Source: Fistulifera solaris (taxonomy: Eukaryota). Taken from it: DNA of 59,781 bases. The notes beneath the pieces were generated by a model. The model did not search any database and had not been told where the DNA came from. It was given only the letters and a program-made list of their open reading frames with translations. The stretch's first letter is position 1. Every line of letters starts with the position of its first letter. Shown here piece by piece: positions 23,790-35,085 of this stretch. The stretch covers positions 868,001 to 927,781 of the forward strand of contig AP026151.1 of assembly GCA_030295235.1 (NCBI GenBank), written 5' to 3'. The position numbers and the translations under genes are program-made.

Positions 23790-24776
23790 ATGAAATCATT
23801 TCTTTTCACTCTTTTGTTAGGATGGCTATGTTTTTTACCCGGTCGGGCTTTCGTGCCGTCATCAATTCGTCGGCCGGCATCTCTATCCACGGTTTTTTCG
23901 AATCATTTGATACAAAAACAACACAAATCGCAACAACCCGCTCTTTCTGCTATTCATGGCGAAAGACGGATTAGTTCGATCGAACTGCGACAACAAAACA
24001 AACAATCTAAACTTCCTTTTCTGTATCTTGTCGGAAGCACTGGCTTACTATCCGTGCTTTCGAAATGGACCGATCTCGTCTCGACATGGCAAGAACGATC
24101 GCAATGGCTATCCTTCTTTGCCCTTCTGGGCAGTCTTTCCCGAGTCCCCCTCGGCGCGTTATTGCAAACATACACACTCTGGTTGACGACACAACCATTG
24201 TTGACCAAGTCAATCACATCGGCAGTCATGGGTTGTGTTGGGGATGCCGTTGCACAACGGTGGGAGCATCATCCAGTCTATTCGAAACGACGGGGTGTCG
24301 CGGCCATGGTCGAAGGATTGTTGTGGAGTGGACCCCTCATGCATCTCGCGTATTCCCTATTTGAACACATCTTGCCGATTGGCAATAACATGGGATTCGC
24401 GTTGATTCATGTGTTACTGGATTCGTTATTACTGGATAGTGTTTTTGTGACGAGTGCTTTTTGGATTACGGGTTTGTTGGAAGGTTTTTCCTTCAAGCAA
24501 TTGCGACAACAATACCAACGAGATATTGGTGGAACACTCAAAGCTAGCTGGCTGACGAGTTTGTTCTTGTTGCCAGTCGAAGTCGTATGCTTTCGTTATT
24601 TACCCGTCACGTACCGCGTGTTGGCTGTCAATGTGCTGGATATTGTATGGGATACAGTGATCTCGTTCATGTCACATAAAACACGAGGAAAAGAGCTTGC
24701 TTCTACAACAACAGACGAATCATTATTACAGTCTCCCATTCTATCCCCCAGCGATGCCGTCTTGGCCACAAATTAA
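23790..24776 (+). CDS. Mpv17/PMP22 family membrane protein with a bipartite plastid-type presequence
   Basis: Signal peptide plus GRA|FVP. Motifs PLLTKSITSAVMGCVGDAVAQ, GPLMHLAY and FRYLPVTYRVLAVNVLDIVW. Confidence 0.88.
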   Translation: MKSFLFTLLLGWLCFLPGRAFVPSSIRRPASLSTVFSNHLIQKQHKSQQPALSAIHGERRISSIELRQQNKQSKLPFLYLVGSTGLLSVLSKWTDLVSTWQERSQWLSFFALLGSLSRVPLGALLQTYTLWLTTQPLLTKSITSAVMGCVGDAVAQRWEHHPVYSKRRGVAAMVEGLLWSGPLMHLAYSLFEHILPIGNNMGFALIHVLLDSLLLDSVFVTSAFWITGLLEGFSFKQLRQQYQRDIGGTLKASWLTSLFLLPVEVVCFRYLPVTYRVLAVNVLDIVWDTVISFMSHKTRGKELASTTTDESLLQSPILSPSDAVLATN

Positions 24777-25634
24777 ATGGAACAAGGCGAAGAAAACAAA
24801 GAACATACAATTGTAAAATAGAAAACAAGCAACGAGGTCCTGTATTTATAGCAACAAAAGTGTAGCGGAGGAGGCATAGCAAATGTGGTTGCTGGTGTTT
24901 CAACTCAATGGCTCAGCATTGCGGTTTATCGATGTTCCCGACGCCCCGAGTGTACTTGTACTCTGTCCCCGTAATCGCAATAAGACGAGCGGCCGTAAAG
25001 AATGAAAGTAATGCGATAGTTTGTTCGGATAAGCGCTCTCACTGAAGCTAGAGTTACAAATTTGTGCGTTTGCGCAAGCGTTAAAGAACGATAAAGAACC
25101 CTTCGTTCATAAGTCGCAAAGAAAGCAGGAGAACGGAAGGCGCTCTTGGCTGGCTCGTTTCACTTATGACTCCAACTTTTGAGCCATTCATTTTGTGTTC
25201 TTCAAAGACGTCTATAATATGAATGCAGTCGTTTCCAGAAGGACAAAAGAGTTTAGCAATCAAAATCATCCATGAGACGAAGAAATGTGAGTGACGTGAT
25301 ACGAAATTCCTTATGTGACAGGCGGGCTTCGATCCGCGACTGGAACTGTAGGACTTTCTCACATTGTAAAACTCCAACGGACTTTGTAGTGCCTATCTAA
25401 CCAAAAATGGCCATGATACATTTTCCGTTGCACAGAAAGGGGGTTACACAGAACGTCTATTTCTCCAAAAATTTTGGACCTTACGAAACCCACACACAAT
25501 TTGATGATTTTCAAAGAAACAGGAAGCATCTGCCTTTGCTGACAGGTCTTTTGCGTTTCATGATCAAGCCAGCTATTCCCAGAAAGAAAGACGCAAAGAA
25601 GAAACAAAATTTGATACAACAATAAGCGATCGCC

Positions 25635-27302
25635 ATGAAACGGTGGCTTCTTTTCACGAGTATCGCGCTCGTCACGGTGCACGCCGATCCAGATATCGCC
25701 ATCGAAGAAAATGAAAACTCACGGAATGTATTCCGGAGAGGCATTCATCCTCGCGGTCAAATAGTACCTCGAATGGCTGGAGGATTTCCCAGTGGCCCGG
25801 GTGCCTTTCCTTTTACAGTTCACACATTTGATGGCGATCAAGGCGTATGCGGTGGTGTTTTAGTTCATTCCGATGTTGTTGTCACGGCAGCGTCGTGTCA
25901 GAGTGTCTTTGAAGCTACCAATACTATCTATATCGGTAGCAACGATCTGTATGGACGCGATTTTGCTCCGCTATTAGCAATATCATCAGCATTGCCACAT
26001 CCGGACTTTGATGAGGTGACCTACGAGAATGATATAATGCTGTTGCATCTAGAAACCCCTGTTGGCAGTGCAGTGGCTTCCATAGCTACAACAATCCCAT
26101 CGGAAGATCAGTTATTATTTGCTTTGGGCTTTGGGAGACTCAATCCACTCGATGAAACATATCCTACGACTCGGCATGAAGTCGACATGCCCGCAGTCAG
26201 TTTTTCGTCTTGTCGAGATGTGTACGCGGACGCTGTCAACTCGGAGCGAAATGTCTGTGCAGGTATTGCCGGGATGGGACCTTGTGACGGAGACGAAGGA
26301 GCACCTTTGCTGGATGCTGTCACAACGACACTTCAGGGCATTTGGTCCTATTCCGAAGGGTGTGGGGCAGCACCGGCAGTCTTCACACGAGTGGCTTACT
26401 ATGATTCATGGATTCGTGAATTTATATGCAACAATTCGCAAGAGCCTCCAGACGATTGCTCGTCGCCAGGAGAGGATGATGATGTACCCGTTACTGATGA
26501 CGAGCCGACGAATGATGACATTCCCGTAGACGATGACGTGCCGGTTCCAGCAGATGATGATGTACCTGTAGATGACGACAACATTCCGACACCCTCACCG
26601 ACACATGAAGAAATGCACCCGACGAACGGAAAGGGTAAAGGTAAAGGAAAGAGATCCAGAAAATCGGTAGACAGCACATCGCACAAGATGAACAGATCGA
26701 ACAAATTGTCTAAGAAGTCTTCGTCATTAGGGAAAGGCTCTACGGGGAAAGGGTCCGGGAAAGGGTCAATGGGAAAAGGTTCTAGTGGAAAAGGATCATT
26801 AGGCAAGGGATCTAACGGAAAGGGCTCAAACGGAAAAGGTTCTTCAGGCAACGGATCCGGAGGCAAAGGTTCTTCAGGCAAAGTATCTACTGGAAAGGGA
26901 TCGAATGGCAAAGGATCCTCTGGAAAAGGATCGACGGGTAAAGGATCAGCCGGCAAGGGATCTAACGGCAAAGGTTCTTCTGGTAAAGGATCCGGCGGTA
27001 AGGGTTCTTCTGGAAAAGGCTCGGGCGGTAAAGGTTCGTCGGGAAAAGGATCGAGCGGAAAAGGATCTTCTGGAAAAGGATCGAACGGCAAAGGTTCGTC
27101 GGGAAAAGGATCACGCGGAAAAGGATCCGGCGGTAAAGGTTCTTATGGAAAAGATCGAGCAAGAAAAGTTCTTCTGGTAAAAAGTCATACGGCAAAGGTT
27201 CATCAAATGGAAAACGTATCTACAGAAAAGGTTCAGACCGACAATCGACAACAACATCAACAGATGATCGTGCCATCGATGTGTCCCCCTACAATATATT
27301 GA
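25635..27302 (+). CDS. Secreted trypsin-fold (S1A) pseudo-protease with acidic PVDDD repeats and a long GKGSx repeat tail
   Basis: CGGVLV, VTAASC (catalytic His->Ser), NDIMLL, CDGDEGAP (catalytic Ser->Glu), VFTRV..Y..WI. About 28 GKGS(S/N/T/G) pentapeptides. Possible indel near 27150. Confidence 0.88.
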   Translation: MKRWLLFTSIALVTVHADPDIAIEENENSRNVFRRGIHPRGQIVPRMAGGFPSGPGAFPFTVHTFDGDQGVCGGVLVHSDVVVTAASCQSVFEATNTIYIGSNDLYGRDFAPLLAISSALPHPDFDEVTYENDIMLLHLETPVGSAVASIATTIPSEDQLLFALGFGRLNPLDETYPTTRHEVDMPAVSFSSCRDVYADAVNSERNVCAGIAGMGPCDGDEGAPLLDAVTTTLQGIWSYSEGCGAAPAVFTRVAYYDSWIREFICNNSQEPPDDCSSPGEDDDVPVTDDEPTNDDIPVDDDVPVPADDDVPVDDDNIPTPSPTHEEMHPTNGKGKGKGKRSRKSVDSTSHKMNRSNKLSKKSSSLGKGSTGKGSGKGSMGKGSSGKGSLGKGSNGKGSNGKGSSGNGSGGKGSSGKVSTGKGSNGKGSSGKGSTGKGSAGKGSNGKGSSGKGSGGKGSSGKGSGGKGSSGKGSSGKGSSGKGSNGKGSSGKGSRGKGSGGKGSYGKDRARKVLLVKSHTAKVHQMENVSTEKVQTDNRQQHQQMIVPSMCPPTIY

Positions 27303-27937
27303 AGCGACGCCATAATCGGTCTCCATACTCTCCATAAACCATCACGACTAGACCAACAGTTTTATGAAAAGCAATTCTTTTACATTTTCCAATTCAGTAT
27401 GCTGTATTACCGACGCTACTGATACTTAGTTGATAAGCAGTGACTATCCTTGGTAAGGAACAACTCTTATACGCAACATTATTAGCAAATGGTTCATTGA
27501 TTGTGTCGAGATACTTTCCAATCGTTGTCTGCAATGTTTCAATATAGACCCAAAGTGTAGACGACTTTTTTCGCGACTGCATTTCGGTCACGAATGTAAT
27601 TTCATCCGACGGACACAGCTACCTAACTAAGTGAAGGTTCTTCTGCAAAGTTGCTAAGCTACAACTGTCTATGACACGATGCAATTGTCGTAGGCATGAA
27701 TTGCAGTGGATAACAATACAATTGTGCCGAATAACTTTGCGAAAGTTTGTTTGATCATTTCCTGTAGGCCCTGAGTGTGGGTTCGTGATTCGTGATTGAG
27801 CGTGATGTTTCTCGTCCGTGACCGACTCACTTTTTTCTTCCTTTCGCAGCACCACAAAAAAGTACTCCGTAGATGTTTTTATTTTCGTCGACACGCTCTT
27901 GCAATAATACTCTCAATCAACCTTTCGACGAAAACAG

Positions 27938-28590
27938 ATGTTAAAACGACGTCAATTATTACTGCTACAGTGCTTCGGTATACACTGGTTGTTCTGTCAA
28001 GCCAATGGGTTTCCGATCACCCGCGAGACGCAGTTAATACATTCTAGGGGGTTGCTGAGAAACCAACGTCGCCCTCTTGTATCAAAAGTGACGAAATGCG
28101 CACCCCGTAGCACAGCGCTATCATTACTCAACTGGCGAGGCGGTGCGATACTAACATCCACAACAATTTCATCGTTGACACAGCGAATTGTGTCGTCTAG
28201 TCAAGCGTGTTGGGTGGTATTGATCTGCACCGTTGTCTTGGAAAGCTGTGCTACCTCTGTCTCCAAGCAATCGCGCGATCTCAAGTCAAAGCGACTGTTC
28301 GCGCTAGCGTGTGCCATGTATCTTCTGAGGTACGTTCGATTGTAGTGAAACATCACTCCAGTCCTGCATTTCTCGACAGCTAACTTCAATTTGTCTTTTA
28401 AAGCATGTGGGGCTTCAATTTGTGCTTGGCGCAAGTTCCTATCGGTATCGCGTATGCGGTATGGAGTGCACTCGGTACTACGTTGGTGAGTACCATTGGT
28501 ATTCTACATTTTGATGAAACAATGAATTGGAAGAAAGCGGTTTGTTTGCTGTTGATCGTCGCGGGAGTTGTCGGATTGAATGTTGGATGA
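27938..28590 (+). CDS. Small multidrug resistance (SMR/EmrE-like) transporter with an N-terminal targeting extension
   Basis: TM1 VLESCATSVSK contains the conserved Glu. GT-AG intron at 28330-28403. SMR signature PIGIAYAVWSALG...FDE...LLLIVAGVVGL. Confidence 0.85.
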
Positions 28591-29188
28591 TACTTCGTTA
28601 CGCTATGCATAGATAACAAGCGAAATAAAGAAGCATGACAAGCGATTTTTACATACTCCTTAGTAATTAACGTTTTAGAGCGACAATTGACCTGTCATTC
28701 TTTGCACGTACACATGCCGCACGTTTTTGTTCAATGAGTGATGAGAAGCGCAATACGTGATGCTAGTTACTTTTTTTGGCAATTGTTTCACATTAACAGA
28801 CAGCTATCGCGCATATGATGACACCGTCCCGCCCACGGTAGCCTCAACCGAGCCCAGTTCTTCCTCGACCTCTCATTACTCTGTGCGAAAGCTCGAATTC
28901 ACTGACTTTTATTCGCTCGTGAAATTACATGATCGTTCAATCAGTTGCAGTGCATTGCGGAGACCCCGACGTAGCGCCTTTTTCGTCCCAAATTTCTGGT
29001 CTAGACAACATCATTGACCAGAAATGAGACGATGAGTAATTTGGGTGTTACCGTTCGACCGCATTGAAAAGTTCGAGATGCAAGCCAGTGACGAAACAGC
29101 TGCAGCTCGTATCGAGTGTGTCTTTTGACTCGTTGTAGCCCTGTAAGGTAACTGAGTTTCTTTCGTAGCGAATGATAGCATAGCGTCT

Positions 29189-29873
29189 TCACGACCGCAA
29201 TTCTACAACACAAAACGATGTTCCTTGACAGGCCGAGATGCCACTAAAACATTGTTGACTGAAAACAAGAAGTAACTGGTTAGATTGATTCTGTGTGTAA
29301 GACCTGAAGCACAATACACTACACAAAGACTTACCCCGACGCACAATCCTCCGAAGTCGAACACAGCGTAGCGGTACTATCGGTAGCACAAATCGGAAGG
29401 CCTTCAACCGATCGTACACACAATCCATTCGCCCCACAAGGATCCCCGTCCGTGTCACATGTCTCGAACGAGTTGTTTTTGTTGCATAAACTAAAGGGCG
29501 TGGGTGCGATGCTCGGATTCTTGGTCGGCTCGTCGGTGGGCTCCAACGTCGGCGCGAGCGAAGGATGTACCGAAACGGAAGGAGCCGCTGAAACAGAAGG
29601 TTGAGGAGATTGGCTGGGTTGCAGTGAAGCTGATGGTTTCGCAGAGGGAATCGGTGAAGGGGCTGCTGATACAGTCGGTTCCGACGATGCCGTTGGTGAC
29701 ATCGACGGTACGGGCGACTGAGTCGGCGCTAACGTTTCTTTGCGGGGAATAGAAGAGACACGACCGCAGATAGCATTGACGCGATCGAACAAAATCATAT
29801 TTTGTGCGTTTGTTGTGAAAGCATTCGAGAGGAATGATAACAAGAAAATCGTATACAGGAAAGAGCGAGGCAT
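29189..29873 (-). CDS. Secreted Pro/Ser/Thr-repeat (SxxPS) protein with a Cys-rich C-terminal domain
   Basis: Signal peptide, PSMSPTASSEPTVSAAPS-type repeats and a Cys-rich end. Intron 29334-29259. Confidence 0.65.
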
Positions 29874-30400
29874 CTTGGCTTGCGGGGGCGCTTTCTTTCG
29901 TCACTTCAACTGGCTAAGTTGATGTTTGCTTTTATGATCGAGGATTGTTTTTATGCAAGCAAATCAATACGATGATTCACTTATTATCGTGCATCCTTTG
30001 TTTTGCTGCTTTTGTTCGTCGTTGCCTGCGCGGCGGAGGAATACCAACTACCAACACCGAAAACTTTTGTGTGTCGTGGTTGTCGTAGGCCTTATCGTAC
30101 TATACTGTGTGTGAATTGCATGTTGTATTCTATACTGTACGATTCATAAGGCATAATGCATAACCTACTTTTCGCATACATACAGTTAGGCCCAGCGGTA
30201 ACCAGTCATCAGTCATTTGTTCTTTAACCTCCCAAATCTTAGGAGCCACAAGAAAGATGACACTACATAACATTGTAGATTTTGGTCGTCAAAAGTCTCC
30301 ACCGTCGTCCACAATGACTTGTCTGCGTGGGCTCGCTCGCTTTCGTCTTTCGTCCCCTCCCCTCCATTTTTTTCATCACCATTAATCTCTTATCAGCACC

Positions 30401-31721
30401 ATGAAAAGATATAATTATCATTCCGTTCTCCGTTCTTTATCATATCTTCTTTGCCTTACATCACAAACAATATGCATATCTGCCGAGTTCGCGCGTGTGA
30501 ATAATCTGGAAATGAGCGCGACAGCTTCGTCGGCTCCGGTCGTAATTCCGAATCAATACATTGTGTTTTATACACCCGATGCGGATCGAGCTGCCACGAA
30601 TGAACGACTCTTCTTTTCTTCCAATTCTTCTATTGCGTCCTCCGATTCCTTTTCGGTGGTACACGAAATGGACAGAGCCATTGCGGTGACGGGAATTTCC
30701 GATGCACAAAGTGAAGAATTAGCGCAAGATCCGTCTGTCGCCAAAGTGATTCCTGTGAGTGCTGACAAGTTGATTTGATCCGCGTGTCGTTCCACAACTC
30801 ACACACCAAGTATCATAGGACTATGAAGTGTCGATTGACGCTGTACAAGCCAGTCCCTATAGCTGGGGCTTGGATCGAATTGATCAATCCAATTTGCCCC
30901 TCGATGACACGTACGAATACACTTACACCGGTGCCGGGGTTCAAGTTTATATTTTTGATTCGGGCATTCGAAAAACACACGAAGATTTTGGGGGACGAGC
31001 GACCTGTGGTATCAATTTAGTAGCGACGGAAACGTGCACCGATTTGAATTTTCATGGTACACACGTGGCTGGGACGGTGGGTGGAACAATTTCTGGAGTT
31101 GCCAAGGGTGTACAGCTAGTTGATGTAAAAGTCCTGGATAAAAGCGGAAGAGGCTCCTTTTCTGGAATACTAACCGGGTTGGAGTATGTGATCGCGCAGA
31201 AGCAGAACAATCCGACCATCCCCATGGTCATCAACATGTCCCTAGGAGGAAACGTTGTTTTACCAGAGGTTGAAGACGCCATTGATGACGCCGTAAATGC
31301 TGGAATCGTTGTGGTAGTTGCGGCTGGAAATTCTGCCTTGGACGCGTGTGAGCAAACGCCGGCATATGTTTCCAGCGCTGTGACGACCGGAGCGAGTAAT
31401 ATGGATGACACACGAGCCGATTTTTCCAATTTTGGCGATTGCGTGGATATCTATGCACCAGGAGTCGACATTGTATCTGCGTATTATACAGGAGATGACG
31501 AGTATGCTTACGCGAGTGGAACCAGTATGGCGGCACCGCACATTGCGGGTGTGGCAGCTCTTTATCTCGAGGTGAACCCAACTTGGACCCCCGCTCAAGT
31601 ATGGAATGCCATGCGAGACGATGCAGTCGAAGAAATTCAGCGCACCTACGACCCAATAGAGAACTACTTTCGAATGCGAAGAACAACACGGCTACTCACA
31701 CAAACCCAGCCTATATCATAA
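30401..31721 (+). CDS. Secreted subtilisin (S8A, proteinase K/aqualysin-like) with I9 propeptide
   Basis: IPNQYIV prodomain and an intron near 30754-30819. Motifs WGLDRIDQ, IFDSG, HGTHVAG, AAGN and SGTSMAAPH give an intact triad. Confidence 0.95.
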
Positions 31722-31787
31722 TTCATAATTTAAAAATACAATACTCTCATAAATGAATGAGCGCTGCCTTTGTGTCGTTCACCACCT

Positions 31788-32510
31788 TCACATCACTGAC
31801 GAATAATGCTGTGTCAAGCCGTTTGCAATGCACCGATTGACGATTGTGAGCAAATGCGGATTCTCCAAAGCCGCTCGCAGTCGTTCCTTGTCTTGCAGTT
31901 GCTTGTTGATGGCGTGTTCACTGGCATGCGTACCGGGCTGTATTTTGACTTCAATGTGTGTCCGCGGCAATTGACAGCGTTGCAGCTTTACCGATAAACA
32001 CAAACCTATGAGCGTTGCCATACTACAGTGCGGAATGGTGGGAGTAAATTCAACCGTAATCTTGTTGTGATGCTTGTTGTTGTTGTTGGTGACAATGTCG
32101 ATCTGATTTAACTTGACAACTCCCAAAGCTTCTAAACTATGCGGATGCTCCGGGTCTTGAATGTGTCGAATCAGTTCAAAGATTTCGGAAGCTGTTATAG
32201 GATCGGGTGACGTCGAGGCTGCTGTGGTGGGTGTATTGTTGGTTTCTTTCGCAGCTGAAAGATCGTTGCTTGCAGGATGAAATAGCAACACGGGCTCGAC
32301 ACTCGAGGAATCCCAGAGCCCCGTGTTCTTTAATAAATTTACCGATGACGCATTTGATTGAGCAGCGTCTTGTAAAGCACACCGTACGACGCTCCTCGTT
32401 CGAAAATCCGCAATCAATTCTGGATGCGCTTGCAACCATGCTTGTGTGCGCTCTTCTTTGTCGTTATCGTCAATGTGATGCAAAATAGGATTGGCGTTTT
32501 CTTTCATCAT
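31788..32510 (-). CDS. CIAO2B: Cytosolic Fe-S assembly component 2 (MIP18/FAM96B/CIA2)
   Basis: ENANP N-terminus, IQDPEHPHSLEALGVV, FTPTIPHCSMATLIGL, GTHASEHAINKQLQDKER..AALENP. Confidence 0.93.
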   Translation of the reverse strand: MMKENANPILHHIDDNDKEERTQAWLQAHPELIADFRTRSVVRCALQDAAQSNASSVNLLKNTGLWDSSSVEPVLLFHPASNDLSAAKETNNTPTTAASTSPDPITASEIFELIRHIQDPEHPHSLEALGVVKLNQIDIVTNNNNKHHNKITVEFTPTIPHCSMATLIGLCLSVKLQRCQLPRTHIEVKIQPGTHASEHAINKQLQDKERLRAALENPHLLTIVNRCIANGLTQHYSSVM

Positions 32511-33519
32511 TCTCGCGCCTCTCTCAAACTTACTTCTGTCAAGCTGGCTTATGTTTTTGTTTTTAGTTGCATTCGTATCGAACGAGAAGCGTAGCAACAA
32601 CTATTTATTTTGTCGTCGTCGTGGTGCTCCTCGTCGTCGCGTCGACTGCGCCTTTTTATTTGCGACTTTGCGACGCTTTTGCCGACTGGGTTTTCAGTCA
32701 TGAGTACTACGTAAAATAAAAACAATTGACTATAAACATAAAGTGTAGATTACTTTTTTCACGACTGGCTTTTTAGTCATGAAGCAATTTAGCTCCGAGC
32801 AATAGGTGAGCATTAGACATACGGTACCGTTCCAACAACCCCCATTTCTTTTGCTCGAAGATAAGATGGTCAGTTGGCAAGTCATCTGTCTAGAAGGAGA
32901 ATAGATTTTGTTTTTTAACGCTATGCTATTAATGAAAAAGTCTCTCGAATTCAACTCAACAGAGTATTGCTAATAAATTCATCCCCATGCTATCTCAATT
33001 GTTTATGTTTGTAATATAGCAGCATTTTCCCGTATGATCGTGTTGAATCTATTGTCTTTGACGGTACGGATAGAAACTCTTGCTAGAAAGCTTTTCTTGT
33101 TTCATCATTATTCTTTGCCTAGGTTGACTGTCGACAAACTTTCGATACGATTAAGGTTATTCACCTTGGCGCGCGCAGTTAAACACAGACTTCGTCACAC
33201 ATGCTCGAACGGAAGAATGAGTTTCTGTAGATACGCCAGACACTTCTAAATGACAAGGAGAGTCATGGTTGTTACTGGCATTGCTACTGTCGAAACGCTA
33301 AGTATGCATGTCTATTTAGAAGTCCGAAAATTCAGTTAGATTGGAGTAGTCGTATCAAACGAAGTGCAAAGTCCAACTCCGCTATAGTGTGAGTACCGAA
33401 TGCCTTTTCGTTTAGGACTTGCCTTTTGGGTTGGATCGTCGACATTTTTTTCTTTCCATTCTTTCAATGTTTCGTTTCCTTCGGCATCCCTTTCATTTAT
33501 GTCACTTCAGCGATAAAAG

Positions 33520-34913
33520 ATGACTATCAGTAATCTTCGCACCGTTCTCCTTCTTCTCCTCGCCTTGAGCGTATCATGTCAACAGATCGGAAGTGCCGAG
33601 AATAATACGGCTCCAGTGAGTGCAACAACGGAAGTTGTGTCAACGGAAGGCACGATGACTTCTACGGAGGAGACTGCACTGAATACTAACGTGACTTCCG
33701 ACAATCCTATCATTCCAGGGCAATTCATTGTCTTTTACAAGCGAAAAGCCGATCGTCCTTCCATTGCGACAGTACAACAACAACGTCTTCCCTTTCGAAT
33801 CATTCGCGAGTTGCGGAAGGCTATAACAGTGGCGGGTATGGATGACGAGCAATATCAGCAAATGCTTCAAGATCCCACGGTTGAGAAGATCGTGCCAGTA
33901 AGTTGCCGGCGTGTAGGGTGTGTCGACTTGTCTCGAACTTCGTTCTCTTACTGACCCATGTATTTTTTCTTTCTTTAGGACTTTACTATTACAGTTGATG
34001 ATAGCAAAACCTATTTCGAACGACCCAGATAACATGCAGTGGTTTGACGCAGCCATCTTGTGGACTCGCGGAAGTAGCCCAGAATGCACCTGCCAATTGG
34101 GGTTTAGATCGGATCGATCAACACAGTTTGCCACTCGACAACAGTTACACAACGCGATGTGATGGATCTCGCGTCCAAGTCTATGTTCTGGATACGGGCA
34201 TTCGAAAGTCGCATGTTGAATTCAATGGTCGAGCTATATGTGGGGCAAATTATGTTTCCGGGGAATCTTGTCAAGACTTTGATGGACACGGTACCCACGT
34301 AGCCGGAACGATCGGCGGTGCAACCTATGGCGTGGCGAAAAGAGTTGAGATATTAGATGTCAAAGTTTTTAATCGGGAGGGTGTGGGTGCCTTGTCGACG
34401 GTGTTGGCTGGATTGGAATATGTTGTCTCTCAGAAAAGGAGGAATCCTGATATACCGATGGTCGTTAACATGTCGTTGGGGTCAGTGGGGACCAGTAACG
34501 AGATAAAGAATGCTGTCGATGAAGCTGTGGCTGCCGGGATTGTGGTCGTGGTAGCTGCCGGAAATAAAGGCATGGATGCTTGCAACTACTCTCCAGCGTT
34601 TGTCCCATCTGCAATAACGGTTGGAGCAACGGATCGACAGGACGCACGACCAACATGGTCAAACTTTGGTAACTGCGTCGATTTGTCAGCACCGGGGGTC
34701 CAGATTGTGTCTGCCTACTTCATAAATGACAGGGCAACCGCTTCGTTGAGTGGGACGTCTATGGCTGCGCCGCACGTGGCGGGGGCAGCAGCTTTGTATT
34801 TGCAGGCAAATCCGAGTTGGACCCCAGCACAAGTTTGGCAAGCCATGCGCAATGATGCCTCCGATTCGGTACAGGGTACCGCACGACGAATGTTGCAAAC
34901 ACAGTTTATTTGA
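33520..34913 (+). CDS. Secreted subtilisin S8A, paralogue of 30401-31721 (1-nt deletion in the A-run near 34007)
   Basis: IPGQFIV prodomain and the same intron position (33898-33978). Motifs WGLDRIDQ, VLDTG, HGTHVAG and SGTSMAAPH. Confidence 0.93.
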
Positions 34914-35085
34914 AAGCTTAGTATCCGAAAGCATTACTACAAAGCATGGAAATCGACAAGCTTAAGTTAATACCTCCAAATTTTAATTAATTTTCTTCGG
35001 AGTACGTGTTGTATCTCTACTAGACATCACTTGCGACAATGGCCATTCACTTCTGATCGGATGGGATATAATGAAGCACCTGTTT

